A stretch of 64,000 bases of DNA, taken from assembly GCA_021826225.1 (NCBI GenBank), contig JAKBAV010000003.1, positions 1,561 to 65,560 on the forward strand. The letters run 5' to 3'. Under the pieces are notes generated by a model. The model was not told the DNA's origin. It worked only from the letters and a program-made list of their open reading frames with translations, and did no database searches. Of this stretch, positions 30,644-39,812 are shown one piece after another; position 1 is the stretch's first letter; every line of letters starts with the position of its first letter. Source of the DNA: Pseudomonadota bacterium. GTDB lineage: Bacteria; Pseudomonadota; Alphaproteobacteria; Acetobacterales; Acetobacteraceae. The position numbers and the translations under genes were made by a program.

Positions 30644-33600
30644 GCGGCAATGACTCCAAGGCGTTGGCCGGCACGGACGGTCTGGCCGCATTCGGCGCTG
30701 AGAGATTGAAGCGTGCCGGAGGTGGCGGAAATAACACGCACCTCCATCTTCATCGATTCGAGCAGCATCACCGTATCACCGGCCCGCACAACATCACCGG
30801 GCCGCACCAGAATTTGCCAGACGCTGCCAGGAACCGGCGCACCGATGGCGCGCGCCCCCGGCGGCAACACCGTTTCCTCAGGCGCCGGCACGTCTGTTTC
30901 CTCAAACGTGTTCAGCCCCTTCGCCGCCCAATCTGCGCGTTCGGCGGCAAAGGCGGCGCGCTGCGTGTTCTGGAAGGCGGCGATGGCATCTGCATTACGC
31001 GCGCAATATGCCTTGTAGGCATCAAGCGAAAACTCAGTCTCCTCGATTCTGATCTCATATTTCCCGTGCAGAAACCGCTCCCGCGCATCGTCGAGTTCGG
31101 CCGAGCTGACTTCAAAAAAACGAATCTGGTCGAAATGCCGCAACAGCCAGGGATGGCCGGGGGCGAAAGGTGGCGTTTCGCGATGCGTGTTCCAGACCTG
31201 AATGGTGCGGCCGAAAAGCTGATACCCGCCGGGCCCCTCCATGCCGTAGATGCACATATACGCGCCGCCTATGCCAACCGCGTTTTGCGGCGTCCACGGC
31301 CGGGCCGGATTATATTTCGTCGTCACCAGACGGTGGCGCGGATCATACGGTGTTGCCACCGGCGCGCCGAGATACACATCGCCCAGACCCAGAACGACAT
31401 AGGAAGCATCGAACACAATGCGTTTCACATCGCAGGTTCCGGCAAGTCCGTTGATGCGGCGGATGAACTCGATATTATCCGGACACCACGGCGCGTCAGG
31501 GCGCGTGGTCTCCTGATATTTGCGCATCGCAAGCTGAATCTGCGGGTCGTTCCAGGAGAGCGGCAGATACAGAATGCGGCTTTTCACCACCATGTCCTGC
31601 GGTGCAGGTAGAATCGGCAGGATACGCCGCACCGCGGCCATCACGTCGGCCCGCGATATATGCGATATATCGAAATGAATCTGCAGGCTGCGTATGCCGG
31701 GAGTGAGGTCGATGATACCGGGAATAGCCTCTTGCGCCAAGGCATCGCGCAAGGCCTGAACGCGGAGCCGAAGCTCGAAATCCAGCATCATCTCGCCGAA
31801 TTCGATGAGAATATCCTCATCGCCCGCCTGGCGGATGACGATATCGTCCTCCCGGGATATGATCGCGGGCGAGGCATCGGCCGCCACGAAGCGGATTTTA
31901 TCGCCAGGCCGTAACTGGCCGAGCTTCCATAAATCTTTTTTCGTAACGACGGCGGGACACACGAAACCACCAAGCGACGGACCATCCGGACCTAGCAGGA
32001 TCGGCATGTCGCCGGTGAAATCTATGGCGCCCACGGCATAGGCATTGTCATGGATATTCGAAGGATGCAGCCCGGCTTCACCGCCATCGGCCCGCGTCCA
32101 TTGCGGCTTGGGACCTATGAGGCGGATGCCGGTGCGGGCGGAATTATGATGCACCTCGTAGCTCGCGGTGAACAGCGTCTCGATATCGGATGGCGCGAAA
32201 AAATCCGGCGCCTGGTGCGGGCCGTTGCGCACTTCCAATTCCCAGTCATGGCAGAGTCTGGCAAGCTCCGGGTTGCCAGAGCTTTGCGCGGCACCAGGGT
32301 TTTTCAGGCGCAGCGTATCACCAACACGCAGCGCACCACCCGAATGACCGCCGAATCCGCCGAGCGTGAAGGTGGCGGTCGAGCCGAGATATTCCGGTGC
32401 CGCAAACCCGCCCGCCACCGCCAGATAACTCCGCTGCCCAGGGCCGGTAATGGCGCCAAGCGCCAGCACCTGCCCGGCGCGCAACCGCACAGGCCGGTTA
32501 TACGGCACGGGCTGTCCCTCCAACAGCGCCTCCATCTGCGCCCCGGTCAGCGCAATCGTTGCGTCATGCATAAATTTAAGCGTGGGGCCACAGAGCGTCA
32601 GTTCGAGCGCGGTTTCGTTCGGATCATTGCCGAGCAAAATATTCGCGGCAATGAAACTCTTATCATCCATTGGGCCACTCGGCGGAATGCCGACCTCCCA
32701 GTAGCCGAGCCGCCCGGGCAGGCTTTGCAGCGATGACAGCGCACCGCCATCGAGCACCGCGACGGATTGCGGGATATAGCCAAAATCGTTAAGCGTGCGG
32801 GTCGTCATCGCACCTGACACAAATTCAGGAATTTTCATAATATTACGGCAATAATCCATATTCGTCTCGATCCCGCTAATATCCGCCACCGCGAGCCCGG
32901 CGCGCAGGGCGGCAATAGCCTCCGTGCGCGTGGCGCCGGTCGCGATGAATTTGGCGAGCATCGGGTCGTAATACGGTGAAACCTCCGTGCCGGTTTCCAC
33001 CCAGCCATCCACGCGCAAGCCAGGCGGGGCGGCGTAATTGATGATGGTGCCCGAAGCCGGACGGAAATTCTCGGACGGAATTTCCGCATAGATTCGCGCC
33101 TCGATGGCGGCACCCTTGGCGATGAGACTTTCCTGCGCGGGCAGGACGAAGCCGCCCGCCGCCTGGCGGATCATCCATTCCACGAGATCGACACCGTAGA
33201 GCTCCTCGGTCACGCCATGCTCCACCTGAAGCCGCGTATTTACCTCAAGAAAATAGAATTGCCGCGTCTCGGCATCGTAGATGAACTCCACCGTCCCGGC
33301 GGAGGCATAGGCCACGGATTTCGCCAGTACCAAAGCCGCATCTTGCAATGCTGCAAGCGTTTCCGTGGTAATATTCGGCGCCGGCGCTTCCTCGATAATT
33401 TTCTGGTTGCGCCGCTGGAGCGAGCAGTCCCGGCACCCGAGCGAGACGACATTGCCCTTGCCATCGCCGAAAATCTGCACCTCGACATGGCGCGCCCGGG
33501 CAACATATTTTTCTATGAATAACGCCGCGTTACCAAAATTATTGGCCGCCAGCCTGGCCGTCGTCTCGAATGCCCGACGCAATTCATCGGCATCGTTGCA

Positions 33601-34107
33601 CAATACCATGCCGATACCGCCACCGCCCGCGGAGCTTTTCAGCATTACGGGATAGGTGATGCCGGCCGCCGCGCGTAGTGCCGCCGCCGCATCCGGCAGC
33701 ACACCGGAGCCCGGCAGCATCGGCACGCAGGCTTTCGCGGCAAGCGCGCGGGCCGTGTGCTTCAGCCCAAAATCGCGCAAATGCTCTGGTGCCGGGCCGA
33801 TGAATGTAATACCCGCGGCGGCGAGACGCGCGGCGAATTCCACACGTTCGGACAGAAAACCATATCCGGGATGCACGGCCTGCGCCCCCGTTTCGCGGCA
33901 CGCCGCGATAATGGCATCGATATTGAGGTAGCTTTCAGCCGCCGGTGCCGGGCCGATGGCAACGGCCTCGCCAGCCGCGAGCACCGCCGGTGCGAATTTA
34001 TCGGCATCAGAATACACCGCCACGGAAGCGATGCCCATTCTGTCCAGCGTCCGGCAGACACGGCGTAAAATCTCGCCCCGGTTGGCGATGAGAATTTTCG
34101 AGAACAT
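30640..34107 (-). CDS. uca: Urea/guanidine carboxylase (probably guanidine-preferring)
   Basis: Biotin carboxylase (IANRGEI, HPGYGFLSE, CSLQRRNQK), carboxyltransferase (GLHPSNIHDNAYAVGAIDFTGD, TTKYNPAR) and biotin site ESMKME. Confidence 0.96.
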   Translation of the reverse strand: MFSKILIANRGEILRRVCRTLDRMGIASVAVYSDADKFAPAVLAAGEAVAIGPAPAAESYLNIDAIIAACRETGAQAVHPGYGFLSERVEFAARLAAAGITFIGPAPEHLRDFGLKHTARALAAKACVPMLPGSGVLPDAAAALRAAAGITYPVMLKSSAGGGGIGMVLCNDADELRRAFETTARLAANNFGNAALFIEKYVARARHVEVQIFGDGKGNVVSLGCRDCSLQRRNQKIIEEAPAPNITTETLAALQDAALVLAKSVAYASAGTVEFIYDAETRQFYFLEVNTRLQVEHGVTEELYGVDLVEWMIRQAAGGFVLPAQESLIAKGAAIEARIYAEIPSENFRPASGTIINYAAPPGLRVDGWVETGTEVSPYYDPMLAKFIATGATRTEAIAALRAGLAVADISGIETNMDYCRNIMKIPEFVSGAMTTRTLNDFGYIPQSVAVLDGGALSSLQSLPGRLGYWEVGIPPSGPMDDKSFIAANILLGNDPNETALELTLCGPTLKFMHDATIALTGAQMEALLEGQPVPYNRPVRLRAGQVLALGAITGPGQRSYLAVAGGFAAPEYLGSTATFTLGGFGGHSGGALRVGDTLRLKNPGAAQSSGNPELARLCHDWELEVRNGPHQAPDFFAPSDIETLFTASYEVHHNSARTGIRLIGPKPQWTRADGGEAGLHPSNIHDNAYAVGAIDFTGDMPILLGPDGPSLGGFVCPAVVTKKDLWKLGQLRPGDKIRFVAADASPAIISREDDIVIRQAGDEDILIEFGEMMLDFELRLRVQALRDALAQEAIPGIIDLTPGIRSLQIHFDISHISRADVMAAVRRILPILPAPQDMVVKSRILYLPLSWNDPQIQLAMRKYQETTRPDAPWCPDNIEFIRRINGLAGTCDVKRIVFDASYVVLGLGDVYLGAPVATPYDPRHRLVTTKYNPARPWTPQNAVGIGGAYMCIYGMEGPGGYQLFGRTIQVWNTHRETPPFAPGHPWLLRHFDQIRFFEVSSAELDDARERFLHGKYEIRIEETEFSLDAYKAYCARNADAIAAFQNTQRAAFAAERADWAAKGLNTFEETDVPAPEETVLPPGARAIGAPVPGSVWQILVRPGDVVRAGDTVMLLESMKMEVRVISATSGTLQSLSAECGQTVRAGQRLGVIAA

Positions 34108-34724
34108 CAGGTTTCCGAAACGATGATGCGGATGGGCGTGGGCCGAAAGCCGTTGCACGGATTATTGACCTGCGGGCAATTGGATATCAGCACGAGGATA
34201 TCCATCTCCGCGCGCAGTTCGACAAATCCTCCCGGCGCGGAAACACCATCATCCACGGTAAGCTCGCCACCCGGGCGGATCGGCACGTTCATGAAGAAGT
34301 TGACGTTGGAGACAAGATCCCGCTTGCCAAGCCCGTAGCGCCCAAGCTCCGTCAGAAAATTCTCGCGGCACGCATGCATGAATCTCGTCTCATGTCCGAA
34401 GCGCACCGTGTTGCTCTCGCAGGAGCAGGCCCCGGCGCAGGTATCATGAAACCCACAAGTATCGGCGATGATCGTTGCCATCGCGCGGCCTTCATTGGAG
34501 AGCAAAACCGCGCCGGTTTCCAGATAAAAAGTCCCACCGCGCGCCGCCTGGGCCGCCAGCGTATCCTGCGCCGAATAACGCTCGGACGTATCGGCCGCGT
34601 TATAGAAAAGTGCATCCACCGCCTGCTGGCTTTCCAGATCGATGATCCTCATCAACTGTCCGGCCTTCAGCGTTACGGAATACGGCGCGCGGGCGGGCAC
34701 CACCATGTCCGAGATGATGTTCAT
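34107..34724 (-). CDS. cgdB: Urea carboxylase-associated protein 2 / carboxyguanidine deiminase subunit B
   Basis: DUF1989: ERYSAQDT, HDTCAGACSCESNTVRFG, ACRENF, NFFMNVP, SNCPQVNNPCNG. Confidence 0.9.
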   Translation of the reverse strand: MNIISDMVVPARAPYSVTLKAGQLMRIIDLESQQAVDALFYNAADTSERYSAQDTLAAQAARGGTFYLETGAVLLSNEGRAMATIIADTCGFHDTCAGACSCESNTVRFGHETRFMHACRENFLTELGRYGLGKRDLVSNVNFFMNVPIRPGGELTVDDGVSAPGGFVELRAEMDILVLISNCPQVNNPCNGFRPTPIRIIVSET

Positions 34725-35515
34725 CGCGCATACTCCGGATCCGTGTTCTCGAAGCCGCGCACGGCCTCCTCGGTGAAGCGGCGGCACAGATCATTGGCCG
34801 CGGGAGGTCTGTGGCCGATTTCGATGATGAGCGTCCCGGTGGCCTCCTGAATGGGGCTCAGCGCATGGGGTGTGTTGGACAATGCGAGAATCAGATTCTG
34901 CTCGGCGCGCAGCTCGATCATCCCTCCCGCGGGCGGCGGTCCGGAAAAATGCAAGCGGCCGCCTTCATCCATCCGCAATGGTGAGAACAGGCTTATGGCG
35001 GGGCCAAGATCGCGGCGCGTCATGCCGAACTTCGCCGCCGCGAGGCGCAGATTATCGCGCCCGTTGCGCCCGCCCGGCATCTGCGCCGGACTGTTGGGGC
35101 CGATGATACTGTCATGCCCGGCGCCCGTATCCGCCGTGATCGAGGCGAGAACCCGCCCCATATCAGAGAACAGCACGCGGCCCGTCGTCAGCACCGTCGT
35201 CCATTGTACCTTCACCGTATCGCCGGCATTATAACGCTCGGAAACATCATCGGCATTCCACAGAAACAGCGCGGCACCCGGCGTGGCTTGTGGGTTATGG
35301 ATGCGGATAACATCAAATCGCCGGAGTTTAAGTGCCACATAACCGCCGGGCGGAATGCTCTCGGTTTTCCACGGCGTGGAAAGTGGCGTCAATTCAGCCT
35401 CAGGCACGGGTGCCGCCGCCCGTTCGCGCGCTTTTGCCTGCAGCGCTTCATAGCGCGCGCGATATTGCGCGGGCGTCAGACTGTCCAGATCGGGCGATTG
35501 TGCATCCCGGCTCAT
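34721..35515 (-). CDS. cgdA: Urea carboxylase-associated protein 1 / carboxyguanidine deiminase subunit A
   Basis: DUF1989: ERYNAGDTVKVQW, LFSDMGRVLASI, LRAEQNLILALSNTPH, TEEAVRGFENT. Confidence 0.9.
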   Translation of the reverse strand: MSRDAQSPDLDSLTPAQYRARYEALQAKARERAAAPVPEAELTPLSTPWKTESIPPGGYVALKLRRFDVIRIHNPQATPGAALFLWNADDVSERYNAGDTVKVQWTTVLTTGRVLFSDMGRVLASITADTGAGHDSIIGPNSPAQMPGGRNGRDNLRLAAAKFGMTRRDLGPAISLFSPLRMDEGGRLHFSGPPPAGGMIELRAEQNLILALSNTPHALSPIQEATGTLIIEIGHRPPAANDLCRRFTEEAVRGFENTDPEYAR

Positions 35516-35598
35516 TGCCGCGCCCCCAGGGCCACGATGGGGGCCAAACGCTGCGCCGGAAAGCCCGCGACGCGCCAGACAACCAAATACCTGCACTG

Positions 35599-35690
35599 AA
35601 AAAGCATCGGACGGCAGCTCCACTCATCAAGCTGCCGGGCCGTCCCGGACTTGCGACCCGCAAGGGGGCGAGGACGTGGCCTCCGCCAGC
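35599..35690 (-). ncRNA. Candidate structured leader (guanidine-II-like variant)
   Basis: One canonical CCGGG-ACGG-CCCGG hairpin, two further upstream hairpins, and an overlapping downstream stem followed by a U tract (see findings). Confidence 0.5.
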
Positions 35691-35692
35691 CC

Positions 35693-35720
35693 AGTCTAGC
35701 AAATGGCCGCTCACGGTCAA
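35693..35720 (-). promoter_or_regulatory. Putative sigma70 promoter of the cgdAB-uca-atzF operon
   Basis: TTGACC-N16-TAGACT immediately before the structured leader. Confidence 0.55.
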
Positions 35721-35912
35721 TATCTATTATTGCAACATGTTCCAGGATTTCACGCCCCAGCCCCGCCAGGATGCCGCCAGAGCGTATGCAGGCCTGAGCG
35801 CCACGCTGCTTTCCGGCTCATGCACGGCAAACTCCTGGCCGCCTGAAGCCAGTGCGGCTATTCCGCCATCAAGGACTGCCGCGTTTCACCCGGAGCTTCT
35901 GAAAGCGTAACG

Positions 35913-35956
35913 CCAACAGCCTTCGATGATCAGTCATCGAGGGTTGTTGGTATTTT
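35913..35956 (+). terminator. Long hairpin / terminator
   Basis: CCAACAGCCTTCGATGA-TCAG-TCATCGAGGGTTGTTGG: 17-bp stem with two G-U pairs on the + strand, followed by TATTTT. It lies just past the doxDA stop. Confidence 0.65.
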
Positions 35957-35961
35957 CATGA

Positions 35962-37026
35962 TCAAGGCGCCCCCGCCAGCTGTAGCGACAGGTTGAAATC
36001 CCGGCCATTCACGGTGGTAAGCCGCAGGCTGTAGCCGTCCTGCATCGTGGGTGGCGTGACCGCGGGCAGGGTGATACGCGCCGCGGCGCCCATGCCGCTG
36101 ACAATCCCGAATGGCCCGGCCTTGAATTTCTGGTAGGGGAAGTCATTGCTGAAGGCTGTGGCGGGCAGGGCGGTCAGGGCCGCGGTGTTCCAGCTTTCCA
36201 CGGCCTGGCCGTTGCGCATCACCGCCGCGCTCACAATATGCGAAGGCTCTTCCGGCGTGCCGCCATCGAGATAGGCATGGAAGCTCACCGAACCATCGGC
36301 CATCAGCACGCCGTTGCTCAGCGCGTAATCATGCCTGGTAGGGCTTACCGGGCCGCTATGAAACGCGGAGAACACGGAGCCGCGATAGTAGTTATACGTT
36401 CCCACGTTGAACAGCACCGTGAAGGCGAACAGGGCCAAAGCCGTGTTGCGATATGCCACCGGCCTGAGCGGCAGCGGCAGGCTGCCCCCGAGCCAGCGGA
36501 ACCAATTGCGTTCCGCCAAAGCCGGATTACGGCGCAGCAGCACATTGTCCAGCGAATAGGCGCCACTGCCGGCAAGCACCAGCGTCGCCCCCATGCCGAG
36601 ATTGGCCGCCGCCATGGTCCATTCATCGATGCAGGTCGCACCCTGCCAGCCGAACATCAGCATCAGCGAGATCGACAGCCCAATGGTCATAACGGCGGCG
36701 GCCCGCGTGAACAGCCCGGTAATCAGCATCAGCCCGGCGACCAGCTCAATCGCGCTGAAAACGATCACGCTGGCGTAAAGCAGGATGAAATGATGCAGCA
36801 GATAGGCGATGATCTTGTCAGTGCCAAGCAGCGCGCCGGGCATCGCGGTCTGGAATTTATAGGCCATCCAATGCCCGTGCGGGTTGAGCTTCTGCGGCCC
36901 GTAGATGAACCGGCGGGAGCCGCCACCCCAGTAGATGAAGCCCTGAATGAAGCGCACGGCCAGCAGCCCGATCGCCGCATTGCGCCAGCCCGTATCGGCA
37001 ATGCCGGAGGGTACGGAGGTAGACAT
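35962..37026 (-). CDS. doxDA: Fused DoxD-DoxA thiosulfate:quinone oxidoreductase-like protein
   Basis: RFIQGFIYWGGGSRRF, FGWQGATCIDEWTM (DoxD), GSGAYSLD, and a periplasmic C-terminal domain; AAGGAG RBS before ATG 37026. Confidence 0.85.
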   Translation of the reverse strand: MSTSVPSGIADTGWRNAAIGLLAVRFIQGFIYWGGGSRRFIYGPQKLNPHGHWMAYKFQTAMPGALLGTDKIIAYLLHHFILLYASVIVFSAIELVAGLMLITGLFTRAAAVMTIGLSISLMLMFGWQGATCIDEWTMAAANLGMGATLVLAGSGAYSLDNVLLRRNPALAERNWFRWLGGSLPLPLRPVAYRNTALALFAFTVLFNVGTYNYYRGSVFSAFHSGPVSPTRHDYALSNGVLMADGSVSFHAYLDGGTPEEPSHIVSAAVMRNGQAVESWNTAALTALPATAFSNDFPYQKFKAGPFGIVSGMGAAARITLPAVTPPTMQDGYSLRLTTVNGRDFNLSLQLAGAP

Positions 37027-37072
37027 GTAGCTGCTCCTTTGTTGGAACCGGCGCTGCCCTGTGCGGGCCGGT

Positions 37073-38125
37073 TCATCCGTTATATGGTTTGAAGCCGTAT
37101 CGTTCGAATATCGCCAGTGCCTGGGGTGAATGGATGAAATCCAGCCAGGCACGCGCGGCATCCGGATGTGCTGCCCCGCGCACCATGGCGCCGGCATAGA
37201 TCGCGGTGGTATTATCCGCCGCCGGTATCGTAATATCCTCGATCGGATGCCCCGCCTGCTCCTGGAACACCGCCTCGGATTTCCACGTCACACCCGCATC
37301 CGCCAGCCCCTGCATTATAAATAGCGGCGTCTGGCGATGGTGGATATGGGTCAGCACGGTCGTGCCGTTCTTAACCCCTGTATCGTAAATGGCACGCTCG
37401 AGCGCACTGCCGCCGGCTTTCGTCAACGAGATCTGGATCTGCCGCGCGATGCCCTCATAGGCGGGGTTGGGCATCACCACATGCACGCCGGGCCTGTCGA
37501 GATCCGCGAGCCCCGTGATATGCGCGGGATTGCCCTTCGGCACCATGATGGTGAGGTCATTGGTCACGTAAGGCACGGCCGGACCGGCGAGCTTACCCTC
37601 GGTAATCAGTGCCTTCACCTTCTTCAGCCCCGCGAAATACGCATCGGGCCTGGCGGTGAAGGTCATGTTGCCGGAGGTGAACACGCCGCCCGCCTGCATG
37701 GCCTCAACCAGCATCCCGGGCGGTATGGTAACGTAAAATATTCTGCCCTTATATTCCGGCCGCTGCGCTTCAAATGCGGCGACAAGTGGTGCCATGGCGA
37801 AAAAATAATTACCGCCGACATAGAGCACCAGTTTCGGAGCGGTCAGGTCGCCATGGAAATCCGCCATGTCGTCCACTTCCGGCACGGTGAAGCCAAAGCC
37901 TTTGTGCGTGGCATCGTTATTGGCGCCATGCTGCCAGGGCGGAAAAATATCCTCCTGGTAGCGTGGCGCTTCGGCCTGGCCCTTCCATCCGGTATCGGGC
38001 GCCGCGGCAGGTTGTGCCGCGGCGCATAAGGGCAGCGCGGCGCACAGCGCCAGCGCCGATAGCCGAAAACTCCTCCAAAGGTCATTTTTCATGTTCATTC
38101 CATCAAACTCTCGAACAGGGATCAT
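37073..38125 (-). CDS. ModA-like periplasmic oxyanion-binding protein
   Basis: Signal peptide; FPPWQHG-x-NN, GGNYFF, NDLTIMVPKGNP, HHRQTPL, LAIFERYGF; ATGA overlap with the upstream gene. Confidence 0.82.
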   Translation of the reverse strand: MIPVREFDGMNMKNDLWRSFRLSALALCAALPLCAAAQPAAAPDTGWKGQAEAPRYQEDIFPPWQHGANNDATHKGFGFTVPEVDDMADFHGDLTAPKLVLYVGGNYFFAMAPLVAAFEAQRPEYKGRIFYVTIPPGMLVEAMQAGGVFTSGNMTFTARPDAYFAGLKKVKALITEGKLAGPAVPYVTNDLTIMVPKGNPAHITGLADLDRPGVHVVMPNPAYEGIARQIQISLTKAGGSALERAIYDTGVKNGTTVLTHIHHRQTPLFIMQGLADAGVTWKSEAVFQEQAGHPIEDITIPAADNTTAIYAGAMVRGAAHPDAARAWLDFIHSPQALAIFERYGFKPYNG

Positions 38126-38946
38126 GAGGCGGTATAGTGGAAACCGGCGCGTTGCAGTTGCGGAATCGTGCCGACAACACCGGGGCTCAGCACAATGCCG
38201 GGAATGAGGTGGTTGGTAAGCTCCGCCGCCAGCGCCTCATGCGAGAGCTTGTCAGGGTTCTTGCCGTTCTTCAGCAATGCGCCGGAAAACTCCCAGATCG
38301 CGTTATGGCAGCCGATGAATACGACTCCCCGGCGCTGCAGCACCGTAATGCTGTTGGCCGCCGGTGCGTAGGCGCCCGCGGGGTTGTTGAAGTCCGCCGC
38401 ATCGGCCGAGGCGGCGGCGGGAACATCGATCAGCGTGTTCGCCTTGAATTTACCCTGGGTCACGGTGGCAAGATCGTATTTATCCCAGATCGCCTCGTCA
38501 TACAGCGCCAGATGCGCCGTGCCATGCGTTGCCGATACCGCGAGAAAATCCGGGTTCTTCCAGGAGAACACCTGCGCGTTCAGCGCGTTTCGCATCAGGT
38601 TGAGCCACGGGCCGCCAAGCACCGTGTTATCCCACACCTGGGCCGGGCTTCCGGCATAGCCGATTACCGCGTTCAGCGCATCGCTGTCCCACTGGTCGGC
38701 ATTGGTCAGTATCATCGGCACGGTCTTGAAGTCACGCCGGCGGGACGCCTTGGCAAGCGTGGCGGTGAGCGCGTCCAGCGTGGTGGCACCTTGCGGTTCC
38801 ATCGCCGGGCTTGCCTCAGCCGCACGGGCGGTTTGCCGCGCCATGGCGGCAAACCCCACGGCCCCCGCGGAAATGCCGAGGCCCCGCAACAGGCTCCGGC
38901 GGTTGGCCTGGGCGGCCATCGCAACGTTGGTTTTTTCTTCTGACAT
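38122..38946 (-). CDS. Tat-exported DsrE-like protein, thiosulfate dehydrogenase (Tsd)-like
   Basis: Twin-arginine NRRSLLRG...ARA; SATHG and LQRRGVVFIGCHNA DsrE-like motifs. Its position next to modA-like and doxDA genes mirrors the Acidithiobacillus ferrooxidans tsd locus. Confidence 0.7.
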   Translation of the reverse strand: MSEEKTNVAMAAQANRRSLLRGLGISAGAVGFAAMARQTARAAEASPAMEPQGATTLDALTATLAKASRRRDFKTVPMILTNADQWDSDALNAVIGYAGSPAQVWDNTVLGGPWLNLMRNALNAQVFSWKNPDFLAVSATHGTAHLALYDEAIWDKYDLATVTQGKFKANTLIDVPAAASADAADFNNPAGAYAPAANSITVLQRRGVVFIGCHNAIWEFSGALLKNGKNPDKLSHEALAAELTNHLIPGIVLSPGVVGTIPQLQRAGFHYTAS

Positions 38947-38989
38947 GGAGCGTCTCCTTCTTGTTGTTAAGCGTAATGAGTTGATGGCT

Positions 38990-39796
38990 TCAGGCGGCAT
39001 GCATCAATGCGCCGCCACTGCGCCAGAGCATGTAGATCGCGACGACAAAAATCAGCCCGGCAAACACCGTCGCGAGCCGGCCGCGATCGGCGGAGAGCCG
39101 CCGCGCCGCCGCCGCGCCGCCAGCCCCTCCCACGACCCCGCCGGCGATGAACACCACGGCCAGGGTCCAGTCCACCATCCCGGAAAACGCGTAATTCACG
39201 GCCGTCGTCAGGCCGAACGCGCTCACCGCGACCAACGATGTGCCGACCGCATTCAGAATGGGCATGCCGGTAGAGGCGATCAGGCCGGGCACGATCAGAA
39301 ACCCGCCGCCAATGCCGAAAAATCCTGAGAACACACCCGTTCCGAAGCCAAAACCAATAACCTTCGGCGCGTTTTCCCGGTTGCACTGCGCCTCCGCCAG
39401 TCCGGTATTGTTACGGGAGCGCAGCATCATGACCCCGATACCGATCATCAGCAAAGCGAACAGGAAGAGCAATTGCTGGCCATTCACGCTCTTGCCCAGC
39501 GTCGAGCCGAGCAGCGCGCCGATAATGCCAGCGGCGGCGTACACCCCCCCGCAACGCCATTTCACGCAACGCGCCCGGGCATGGCTTATCAGCCCCGTCG
39601 CGGCATTGGCCGCCACGGCGAGTGCGCTCGTGCCGATGGCGACATGCGGGTCCCGCACCCCGACAAGATAAACCATGAGCGGCACCGCGAGGATCGATCC
39701 GCCGCCGCCCACGAGCCCGAGCGTGAAGCCGACCAGCAGGCCGCTCACCGCACCCAGCCCGTATTGTGTGGTGTCGAGGACCATGCCGCCGCTCAT
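38990..39796 (-). CDS. TauE/SafE sulfite exporter family protein
   Basis: Duplicated motifs GLVGGGGSILAVP / GFFGIGGGFLIVP and AIGTSA / AVGTSL. Confidence 0.92.
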   Translation of the reverse strand: MSGGMVLDTTQYGLGAVSGLLVGFTLGLVGGGGSILAVPLMVYLVGVRDPHVAIGTSALAVAANAATGLISHARARCVKWRCGGVYAAAGIIGALLGSTLGKSVNGQQLLFLFALLMIGIGVMMLRSRNNTGLAEAQCNRENAPKVIGFGFGTGVFSGFFGIGGGFLIVPGLIASTGMPILNAVGTSLVAVSAFGLTTAVNYAFSGMVDWTLAVVFIAGGVVGGAGGAAAARRLSADRGRLATVFAGLIFVVAIYMLWRSGGALMHAA

Positions 39797-39812
39797 CCGG
39801 GAGGCTCGGGCA

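Noticed and set aside
35599-35720. Canonical guanidine-I (ykkC-yxkD) or guanidine-III riboswitch
   Set aside because: I could not find CUAGGGUUCC or ACACGGxGGGAxAAAAGCCCGGGAG, nor the ACGAGG pseudoknot pattern. Kept only as a guanidine-II-like variant.
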